Below, piece after piece: positions 47,247-53,771 of a DNA stretch of 64,000 nt; position 1 is the stretch's first letter; each line of letters starts with the position of its first letter. The DNA lies in the NCBI GenBank assembly GCA_014686985.1, contig GCA_014686985.1_3627.1; one strand, written 5' to 3'. This stretch comes from a phage. A model generated the notes under the pieces. The model was not told the origin of the DNA. It was given only the letters and a program-made list of their open reading frames with translations, and ran no database searches. A program made the translations under genes and the position numbers.

Positions 47247-47597
47247 TCAGTAGATGTTTTGTTTAATCTCTATTCCAAACTTTTTAAACGAGTCAGCTGC
47301 AAGCATGAATTTACGAGCCGCTGATGGGTTAGAAGTATGCACGAAAATCTTCACGTTGTCAACTACAGGAGGCTTACCAAATACAAATTTTTCCTCCAAC
47401 ATAGATAGGCAATCGTACCCTTCGAATACCTCTCCAAGGTCGTTGTCCATATGCCACTCAGAAACGCGTCTGTAGAGCTTTCTATTATCGTTAATAAAAT
47501 CTATAAACTCGGAGGAATTCTTTAGCCAAACAGCGTCTTGGAGCCCGTACTTTGACGGATCTCTCAAGTCATCTAGCCACACAATCAACTTCTTCAT
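47247..47597 (-). CDS. hypothetical protein (116 aa), weak receiver-domain-like pattern
   Basis: acidic pair LDDLRD, later MDNDLG, VHTSNP and a distal Lys in CheY-like order; speculative. Confidence 0.45.
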   Translation of the reverse strand: MKKLIVWLDDLRDPSKYGLQDAVWLKNSSEFIDFINDNRKLYRRVSEWHMDNDLGEVFEGYDCLSMLEEKFVFGKPPVVDNVKIFVHTSNPSAARKFMLAADSFKKFGIEIKQNIY

Positions 47598-48529
47598 TGC
47601 ATATAGTTCTCGTTGTGGAAATAGTAATCGAGTATCTCACGGCGTTCCTGCTCCAGGAGGCAGTTCCACACATCCTCTGTGTAATTGCTACGAATGAAGT
47701 TTACCATGCCGTAAAACTCTTCGTCAACACGTTTAAAGATATCATCATCCCAAATCTTCCAAGCTTTACCCCTCATTACGGCCTTCCGTGCCAGATAGTA
47801 TGGAGACTTGATCTTCAGCTGCAGATCATAAGGGTAGTAAGGCTTACGAATCATATACCCTTCGCCCCTTGTTTCTGCAGCTAATTCTTTTGCATAGCTG
47901 AACGGGATTTCACGCACAGTGTGAGGACGTTTTGCACCAAGGTATTTGGCAATCCCATCTAAAGCTGCTTCTGGTAGCATTATTCCAGAATCATTATATC
48001 TGCAACCTATCAAATATGCGCCATGGTCTTCTTGAACAATATGCGGATCTGAAGGGTGACAAATTTCAAACATGAATGTCATGTTTTCATTGCCCATAAC
48101 CTTCTTGATAAGATCTAAATTACCACATTGCTCTTGGATGGTTTCCTTTGCAAGGTTACAATATGGAGAATCAAGAGACCCGGTTGTTGAGAACAATAGT
48201 TCACCTTTATGAGATGATACCACACCGAGGAATCCGTTCTTTTTCTCTACCGCAGTAACAAGTTTACTGTCCGGTAGGTTGGTGGAGTTTTCTCCCAAGT
48301 TAAACACTTTTGTGAAGGGCCATGCCACAACATTCCCTTCATTACCGACAACAATGCCTCGGCACTCCAGCAAACGAGGAGACAAATGCCATAAATTGTT
48401 GTAAAATACTTTTCTGGCATATTTATAGATCTTTAATCCAAGATCTGGGTAATATCTGCTGGTTACAAGACCTTTGTCAACTAGGTCGTCTGCATTAAAA
48501 TACTTCATCATGCGTTCCTCATTTGTCAT
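47594..48529 (-). CDS. RNA ligase-like nucleotidyltransferase
   Basis: motif I EKKNGFLG (Lys nucleophile), motif IV EGYMIRK, motif V LKIKSP; a separate DNA ligase exists at 43839-45122. Confidence 0.55.
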   Translation of the reverse strand: MTNEERMMKYFNADDLVDKGLVTSRYYPDLGLKIYKYARKVFYNNLWHLSPRLLECRGIVVGNEGNVVAWPFTKVFNLGENSTNLPDSKLVTAVEKKNGFLGVVSSHKGELLFSTTGSLDSPYCNLAKETIQEQCGNLDLIKKVMGNENMTFMFEICHPSDPHIVQEDHGAYLIGCRYNDSGIMLPEAALDGIAKYLGAKRPHTVREIPFSYAKELAAETRGEGYMIRKPYYPYDLQLKIKSPYYLARKAVMRGKAWKIWDDDIFKRVDEEFYGMVNFIRSNYTEDVWNCLLEQERREILDYYFHNENYMQ

Positions 48530-48573
48530 TTTGTCAGTCTATCCTGCCACACAAATAACCTGGTGTCAACACT

Positions 48574-48601
48574 TGAAATTAACAAAACAGTTGGGTATAC
48601 T
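48574..48601 (+). promoter_or_regulatory. sigma70-like promoter
   Basis: TTGAAA 48574-48579, 16-nt spacer, TATACT 48596-48601. Confidence 0.5.
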
Positions 48602-48629
48602 ATCGTTGAAATTAAAACGGAGGATTACT

Positions 48630-49040
48630 ATGTCTAAAATGCTATATATCGTGCGTGGTCTACCAGGGTCTGGCAAATCAACACTGGCAAATGCGCTATC
48701 TTTAGAAGGTCTGTATCCACATTTTGAGAACGACATGTTCTGGTACGACGATGATGGAAATTATAACTGGGATGCAAGTAAAGTAACACTTGCAGCAAAA
48801 TGGTGCAAAGATAACGTAGAAGATATGATGCGTATGGGATACGACCGTATCGTGGTAAGTAATACGTTTACAAAAGAAAAATATGTGCAAGAATATATTG
48901 ACATGGCGATCAGTCATGGGTATAGTTATACCGTGATCGTGGTTGAAAACCGCCATGGTAATAAAAGCATTCATGATGTTCCAGACAGGGTTGTGGATCG
49001 TATGGAACGCCAGCTTAAAAACTGCATTAAACTTAAATGA
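48630..49040 (+). CDS. P-loop kinase (polynucleotide kinase-like)
   Basis: ATG 48630 after GGAGG RBS; Walker A GLPGSGKST; 136 aa. Confidence 0.6.
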   Translation: MSKMLYIVRGLPGSGKSTLANALSLEGLYPHFENDMFWYDDDGNYNWDASKVTLAAKWCKDNVEDMMRMGYDRIVVSNTFTKEKYVQEYIDMAISHGYSYTVIVVENRHGNKSIHDVPDRVVDRMERQLKNCIKLK

Positions 49041-49047
49041 GGAATGT

Positions 49048-49602
49048 ATGAAATACTTTGTAACAAGCGACACACACTTTCTCCACCAGCGGGTCATGGA
49101 GTTCGATTCCTGTCAAAAACACAGATCTCAGTATGATCACAATCTTGACAGTATGAATGCGGGAATCATCACCAAGTGGAACTCTGTTGTGTCACCTGCA
49201 GACACTGTGTTTCACTTGGGAGATATTGCGTGCACTAATGATAAGAATATCAACAAATTGCTCCCAGATGTTCTAAATATGTTGAACGGACATATTATTC
49301 TTGTTCGTGGTAACCATGACACAAGGACGACTGTCAGAATTATGAAAGAGTTCGGTCATGAGGTTGTAGATTATTACGAGCTTCGCCACAACAAGAATTT
49401 GATCTGTATGAGCCATTACCAGTTTGCAAAGTGGAACAGAAAGCCTCACGGATCAGTCCAACTGTTCGGTCATGCTCACGGAACCACACAGCAGTTGTTT
49501 GGCAGGCAGTTTGATGTCGGTTGGGATGTGTGGGTGAGACTCTTACCATTAGAAGAGGCATACCGTATTGCAATGAGTCTTGCTATTGACAGCGGGGAGT
49601 AA
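49048..49602 (+). CDS. calcineurin-like metallophosphoesterase
   Basis: ATG 49048 after GAGG; motifs SDTHF (DxH), GDIACT (GDxx), GNHD. Confidence 0.7.
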   Translation: MKYFVTSDTHFLHQRVMEFDSCQKHRSQYDHNLDSMNAGIITKWNSVVSPADTVFHLGDIACTNDKNINKLLPDVLNMLNGHIILVRGNHDTRTTVRIMKEFGHEVVDYYELRHNKNLICMSHYQFAKWNRKPHGSVQLFGHAHGTTQQLFGRQFDVGWDVWVRLLPLEEAYRIAMSLAIDSGE

Positions 49603-49649
49603 TCCCTGCTATTTTAAAGAAAATTGCCACACAAGGAGAATCAGGAGAT

Positions 49650-50000
49650 ATGAAAGATGGGGATAAGCTGCTATATCTTAAAGTCCCCCTTGAAATACTG
49701 TCTATGTCAAAAGTTTTGAATGACACAACTGGGGAGGTTGTTGTTCTTGACTTATATGACAAGATCGTATACTGCTACCTGCACAACTGGTATAAGCTTG
49801 GAGGAAATTCACGCTTCACACCCAGCACAAGGAAAATTGCAGCAGATGTTGGGATAAAGAAAACAAAAGCAGCAGCGTGCGTTAAAACTTTAGAATGTGC
49901 AGGAGTGGTTGAAATATCCACACAAGGGAGAGGTAAAAGATGTACATTTTCCAAAGTTTTGCCACCAGAAGAGGTTATTCGAATGTCAACAACTGGTTAG
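49650..50000 (+). CDS. hypothetical DNA-binding protein (winged-helix-like), candidate iteron-binding initiator/regulator
   Basis: helix-turn-helix-like TPSTRKIAADVGIKKTKAAACVKTLECAGVV; immediately upstream of four tandem dyad repeats. Confidence 0.5.
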   Translation: MKDGDKLLYLKVPLEILSMSKVLNDTTGEVVVLDLYDKIVYCYLHNWYKLGGNSRFTPSTRKIAADVGIKKTKAAACVKTLECAGVVEISTQGRGKRCTFSKVLPPEEVIRMSTTG

Positions 50001-50072
50001 ACCAGTAAAAACTTAAATATCTGTACTATAAGGATTCGTATGTTTTATGTTCGCTCTGGAACAGAGGTCAGT

Positions 50073-50158
50073 AACTGTCCGTGATACGGACACTACTGTC
50101 CGTCACGCGGACACATCTGCCCGTAATACGGACACTAACTGTCCGTGATACGGACACA
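50073..50158. repeat. four tandem 21-22-bp iterons, each containing dyad GTCCGT-N3-ACGGAC
   Basis: AACTGTCCGTGATACGGACACT (50073), ACTGTCCGTCACGCGGACACAT (50095), ATCTGCCCGTAATACGGACACT (50117), AACTGTCCGTGATACGGACACA (50137). Confidence 0.8.
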
Positions 50159-50280
50159 TAAAGAATATAACTAAAATAACTAAATAATAAAAATAAAAGA
50201 TCTAGTACTTATGGTACTAAGTACATATACTTAACTTATGTAGAATATACTAGATCCTAAGTACCATGTTTTAAAATTAT
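50159..50280. other. AT-rich region with nested palindromes (candidate DNA unwinding element)
   Basis: very AT-rich tract; inverted repeats GATCTAGTA...TACTAGATC and GTACTTATGGTAC. Confidence 0.5.
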
Positions 50281-50640
50281 TACTTACTATAGGTAGTGTC
50301 GGCCCTTCATTGGCACTCGCCTACGAGGGGCGAGATGCCGGGCCTCCTTGGTGCACACAATAACAGAAGTGCATACATGCAGGTCTGTTAACATGTGTGG
50401 GAGCGAAGCGATAGCGCAGGCCAAAGGCCGAGCACTGATGTGGACCACCGACGAAAGCTTGCCAGCGCCGTAAGGAGTCGGTTGAGAGTCTCCCGCGCGA
50501 GCTTGGATGAAGTTTATGTGTGGAAACTGACAAGAAGGCCCCTAAATCGCTCCACAGCTATATAAACTATACCAGGTAATGCAATCGCACCAGTTTGATA
50601 GAAAAGCTCGTTACAAAGTGATACAGTGAGTTTTTCTATA
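50281..50640 (+). ncRNA. GC-rich structured non-coding island A (candidate ncRNA/structured leader)
   Basis: locally GC-rich versus AT-rich surroundings, many short complementary segments, no plus-strand ORF of 60 aa or more; strand assignment by context only. Confidence 0.3.
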
Positions 50641-50659
50641 ACTTGAAGAGGAGGCAGCT

Positions 50660-51238
50660 ATGGGTTCACGCAAAGATGACCGTGAAAAGATTGCAAAACG
50701 TTATCAGAATGAAGAACAGATGGAGAAAACTTTCAAGTGGAAGCCTGGTTTCCAGCGTAATCATTCTAACGCTCGTGATCGTAAGCATCCGGATAAGTGG
50801 CTAACACCGCCAAATGATGGCATGCAGGTTGGTGATGAGAAGGAGATGTCACCTGGAAAAGATGGCAACTACATTCGCACTAAGGAAGCTGGTCCAAAGG
50901 ATGACAGCTATCTTGTAGATAAGGTTCTTAATGGTATTGATGTAGATGTTGACACTGCACGAAACCTTTTTCTTGGTTGGTATCGTACAGGGTTTTTCGA
51001 CATCAAGGCTATTCGTCGTGTTTGCGATATTAAAAAGTCTGCCTATGATGATGACTCCCTACATCGCACTCTGAGACAATACTCAGAGAGATACGGTCAT
51101 CCAGTTATCACTCTTGACGATATTAACGAAGTGATGTATCATGCAGAGGTTGTTGCAGGTAGATTCGGTGATGCATATCTAGATATCCTTTCTGCAAAGG
51201 ATGAGGTAATGTTAAATAAGATTTACTATGAACGCTGA
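50660..51238 (+). CDS. hypothetical protein (192 aa)
   Basis: ORF track; strong RBS GAAGAGGAGG. Confidence 0.65.
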   Translation: MGSRKDDREKIAKRYQNEEQMEKTFKWKPGFQRNHSNARDRKHPDKWLTPPNDGMQVGDEKEMSPGKDGNYIRTKEAGPKDDSYLVDKVLNGIDVDVDTARNLFLGWYRTGFFDIKAIRRVCDIKKSAYDDDSLHRTLRQYSERYGHPVITLDDINEVMYHAEVVAGRFGDAYLDILSAKDEVMLNKIYYER

Positions 51239-51248
51239 GGGGTGCTTA

Positions 51249-51437
51249 ATGAACAATCCGGTAGCAAAGAACTGTACTAAGTTTAACAAGTCTGCGATTC
51301 ACACTGACAGGAAAAAGGGCTGGTCTCCTGACATTGACGAGGAGCTTGAGAGTTACTTTGAAGACCTGGTCACTAATGCAGATGAGGTTGCGATTAAAGA
51401 ATACGCAGACAGGAAGGATAAGGCCGGAATCTGTTGA
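51249..51437 (+). CDS. hypothetical protein (62 aa)
   Basis: ATG 51249 after GAGGGG RBS. Confidence 0.5.
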   Translation: MNNPVAKNCTKFNKSAIHTDRKKGWSPDIDEELESYFEDLVTNADEVAIKEYADRKDKAGIC

Positions 51438-51513
51438 CAAAAATAGTGTTACCTGATAAGATCTGCAATATGATGTGATGCAATTTTAACTTACGAGGTC
51501 TACAGGTAATGCT

Positions 51514-51756
51514 ATGTTTAAGGTTAAGCTCGTTTTTCGTTCCATGAATGAGGATTATTTAGAAGATGAAGGTGAATTTCGTGCACTGGATGATGCAATA
51601 GATTTTGCCAACGACTTAGCTTGTATGAATACAGGTTATGGGCTATGTTGTTGGGATGGTGGTGTTCAGATCGGTGATAGCAAGATCTTCTACTTCTACC
51701 CTGAGCCTGATAACAAACAAATTAAGTATGTTTTATTTATTTGTGCTTTACAATGA
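51514..51756 (+). CDS. hypothetical protein (80 aa)
   Basis: ORF track. Confidence 0.55.
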   Translation: MFKVKLVFRSMNEDYLEDEGEFRALDDAIDFANDLACMNTGYGLCCWDGGVQIGDSKIFYFYPEPDNKQIKYVLFICALQ

Positions 51757-51789
51757 GGTTGTTTTCGTGTATCATGATGAATATCCAAT

Positions 51790-52075
51790 TTAAAGATGAA
51801 TTTGATGGCTTTATCTCTGGATGCTTTGAAACAGGGTTCGGAGAAGGCTGAGTTCCCCTTAGAGGGCTTGATAGTGCACCACACTTAAAATGGTAGGGGC
51901 AGCCAGCACATGACGATGTGACCCCAGCCAACCTGTAACAAGGTCGAGCCGAAGCGCGGGTAATAGGCCTCTGGTAGCCCACTTGTTGGGTCTTGCTGGT
52001 CCAGGACGCTGGACAAGTCGCAGGGAATACCACCCTGCGGCGAACTTGACAATCAGTATTTGCTATGATAAAATC
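51790..52075 (+). ncRNA. GC-rich structured non-coding island B (candidate ncRNA/structured leader)
   Basis: GC-rich, no plus-strand ORF, abundant local complementarity; precedes the AT-hook protein gene and the tRNA array. Confidence 0.3.
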
Positions 52076-52102
52076 CACCTATCACGTGATAATGGAGGAA
52101 AC

Positions 52103-52441
52103 ATGGCGGATACAACTAAAAAGCGTCGCCGTAGAGGCAGACCTCTGAAAGAGGAGTCCAACGCCATTCAGCTAGAGAAGAACATCCTCGATATGAAGGA
52201 ATCTTTTATAGCGATGGTTCCAGAAGCTCACAAAGTTTTAAGAGAGCTGATGTTGGACCCGAAAACCAAACAAAATATTCGTCAAAGCATTGCAGAGTAT
52301 GTTCTTGATAAGGCAGACCGAATGCAGGAAGAATATGATGAGATGTTTGGTGAAGAGGAAGAGGTGGTAGTGGAAGAGGCTGAAAAACCAGCACCTTTTA
52401 TGCCATTTACTACAGAAATACAGCCTGTTAGCAATAGCTAA
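52103..52441 (+). CDS. AT-hook-containing DNA-binding protein (112 aa)
   Basis: ATG 52103 after GGAGG; N-terminal KKRRRRGRPLK (RGRP AT-hook core); acidic C-terminus. Confidence 0.6.
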   Translation: MADTTKKRRRRGRPLKEESNAIQLEKNILDMKESFIAMVPEAHKVLRELMLDPKTKQNIRQSIAEYVLDKADRMQEEYDEMFGEEEEVVVEEAEKPAPFMPFTTEIQPVSNS

Positions 52442-52450
52442 AATATTTTC

Positions 52451-52479
52451 TTGACAAACTTTGCTTAACAGTGTAATAT
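52451..52479 (+). promoter_or_regulatory. sigma70-like promoter of the tRNA array
   Basis: TTGACA 52451-52456, 17-nt spacer, TAATAT 52474-52479. Confidence 0.6.
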
Positions 52480-52537
52480 TGTAAACATGGTCTCCCACCT
52501 TTTCTGGCGGCTAAGGTGTAAAAGAAAGCCACCCAGT

Positions 52538-52612
52538 GCCCTGTTAGCTTAGTGGATAAAGCAGCGGCCTTCTAAGCCGTTGACACTGGTTCGAGTCCAG
52601 TACGGGGTGCCA
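52538..52612 (+). tRNA. tRNA-Arg(UCU): tRNA-Arg (anticodon UCU)
   Basis: hand-folded cloverleaf: acceptor GCCCTGT/ACGGGGT, D-arm GCTT...AAGC, anticodon loop CTTCTAA, T-arm ACTGG-TTCGAGT-CCAGT, CCA encoded. Confidence 0.8.
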
Positions 52613-52616
52613 AATT

Positions 52617-52703
52617 GGGGAGTTATCCCGTAGAGGTAGCGGTGTAGACTGTAAATCTATTGTCATTGCGACTCGGGTGGTTCGACTCCACCACTCCCCA
52701 CCA
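52617..52703 (+). tRNA. tRNA-Tyr(GUA): tRNA-Tyr (anticodon GUA), class II
   Basis: acceptor GGGGAGT/ACTCCCC, anticodon loop CTGTAAA, long variable arm, T-arm GGTGG-TTCGACT-CCACC, CCA encoded. Confidence 0.75.
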
Positions 52704-52817
52704 AATTTATATTTTTAGATGCATAAATAATACAGATAATGGCATTGATATTTATCGTCGTTTATACTAGTCACTAACTGCTCGAAAATCAGTGTCATTA
52801 TCAGTATAATTTATAAA

Positions 52818-52908
52818 GGAGGGTAGGGAGCAATGGTGCTCAAGCGGTCTTGAAAACCGTCCCGTTGAGGATGACTCGATGATGGTTCGATTCCATTACT
52901 CTCCGCCA
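52818..52908 (+). tRNA. tRNA-Ser(UGA): tRNA-Ser (anticodon UGA), class II
   Basis: acceptor GGAGGGT/ACTCTCC, anticodon stem GCGGT/ACCGT with loop CTTGAAA, long variable arm, T-loop TTCGATT, CCA encoded. Confidence 0.7.
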
Positions 52909-53006
52909 CATTGTTGACCTTGTAATTAAGCGAAAGCCGGAAGCAGAACCGGATTATCAAATGTTACAGTCGTCATCGCCGACTAGCAACATGGTCAACA
53001 TACTGA

Positions 53007-53105
53007 GCTAGGTAAGCCCTTTGGCAAGGGCGAGGATTTTTAATCCTGAAAATAGACGAGGTAGTCGTTGAATACATAGGTGGTTCGATTCCATCGCCTA
53101 GCACC
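53007..53105 (+). tRNA. atypical tRNA-like element (99 nt; anticodon arm irregular, about 30-nt variable region)
   Basis: intact acceptor GCTAGGT/GCCTAGC, D-arm GCCC...GGGC and T-arm GGTGG-TTCGATT-CCATC; AGGA-TTTTTAA-TCCT arm would give anticodon UUU (Lys) but with a mismatch and an over-long variable region. Confidence 0.45.
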
Positions 53106-53110
53106 TTTTT

Positions 53111-53186
53111 GCTGATGTAGCACAATCGGTAGTGCAATTGATTTGTAATCAATAGGTTGTAGGTTCAAGTCCTGCCATCAGCACCA
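53111..53186 (+). tRNA. tRNA-Thr(UGU): tRNA-Thr (anticodon UGU)
   Basis: acceptor GCTGATG/CATCAGC, D-arm GCAC...GTGC, anticodon stem ATTGA/TCAAT with loop TTTGTAA, T-loop TTCAAGT, CCA encoded. Confidence 0.8.
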
Positions 53187-53187
53187 A

Positions 53188-53263
53188 GGCCCTGTAGCTG
53201 GAAGGTTCAAGCAAGCGACTCATAATCGCCAGACGGTGGTTCAATTCCACCCAGGGCCACCAA
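53188..53263 (+). tRNA. tRNA-Met/Ile2(CAU): tRNA with anticodon CAU (Met or lysidine-modified Ile2)
   Basis: acceptor GGCCCTG/CAGGGCC, anticodon loop CTCATAA, T-arm GGTGG-TTCAATT-CCACC, CCA encoded. Confidence 0.75.
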
Positions 53264-53273
53264 ATAGTAAATA

Positions 53274-53350
53274 CTCCGCGTAGCTCAGCTTGGTAGAGCG
53301 CCTGATTTGGGATCAGGAGGTCGAGTGTTCGAATCACTCCGTGGAGACCA
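53274..53350 (+). tRNA. tRNA-Pro(UGG): tRNA-Pro (anticodon UGG)
   Basis: acceptor CTCCGCG/CGTGGAG, D-arm GCTC...GAGC, anticodon stem CCTGA/TCAGG with loop TTTGGGA, T-arm GAGTG-TTCGAAT-CACTC, CCA encoded. Confidence 0.8.
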
Positions 53351-53396
53351 CTTTCAGTTATACTTTAAACATATATAGACAAAAGGAACCTTTAAA

Positions 53397-53666
53397 ATGT
53401 ATACACTTAAAATTGTAGAGCGTGTAAATCCAACCCATACCGTAGATTTTCGTGACGATTTCAATCCTCTGGCTGTAAATCTTCGAGAGTCATATCATGA
53501 ACTCAGCTGCGATGCAGTGGTGGTCTTTTTTGAAGACAACTCTGAAGGGGCGGTAGCTTGTGTTGTTGATAGTGAGCAGAAGTTTTATATTTACAGAGAT
53601 GTAGATGCATACTTGATGAATGAAAACGCAGTTACTGTTAGAATCATCCACCGAGTGCCTCGATAA
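53397..53666 (+). CDS. hypothetical protein (89 aa)
   Basis: ORF track; RBS AAAGGAAC. Confidence 0.55.
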   Translation: MYTLKIVERVNPTHTVDFRDDFNPLAVNLRESYHELSCDAVVVFFEDNSEGAVACVVDSEQKFYIYRDVDAYLMNENAVTVRIIHRVPR

Positions 53667-53720
53667 GTATTAGTCTCCTTTTAGTTAGTTTCAATCTATT
53701 TAGGTTACTCAATTTTAACC

Positions 53721-53755
53721 CGCCCCGTTAGCTGTATAGCTGCGGGGTTTTTTCG
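53721..53755 (+). terminator. rho-independent terminator
   Basis: long hairpin CCCCGTTAGCTGTATAGCTGCGGGG followed by TTTTTTCG. Confidence 0.65.
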
Positions 53756-53771
53756 TTTCTGGAGCCTTAAA

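Noticed and set aside
50073-50158. Possible CRISPR array suggested by four tandem direct repeats
   Set aside because: Repeats are contiguous with no intervening unique spacers and each is internally palindromic; this fits iterons or operators, not CRISPR
50430-50470. Hammerhead-ribozyme-like CUGAUG...CGAAA motif in island A
   Set aside because: The conserved CUGANGA box is not matched (CUGAUGU) and no three-stem junction could be drawn
50321-50533. Minus-strand 70-aa ORF inside GC-rich island A
   Set aside because: Arg/Ser/Pro/Cys-rich composition typical of a GC-rich non-coding frame, opposite to the local transcription direction, no RBS
51737-52078. Minus-strand 113-aa ORF across GC-rich island B
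   Set aside because: Same reasoning: compositionally implausible, antisense to flanking genes
53007-53105. tRNA-Leu(UAA) assignment for the atypical tRNA-like element, by analogy with the T4 tRNA set
   Set aside because: No register places UAA at positions 34-36 with a paired anticodon stem; left as an unassigned tRNA-like element
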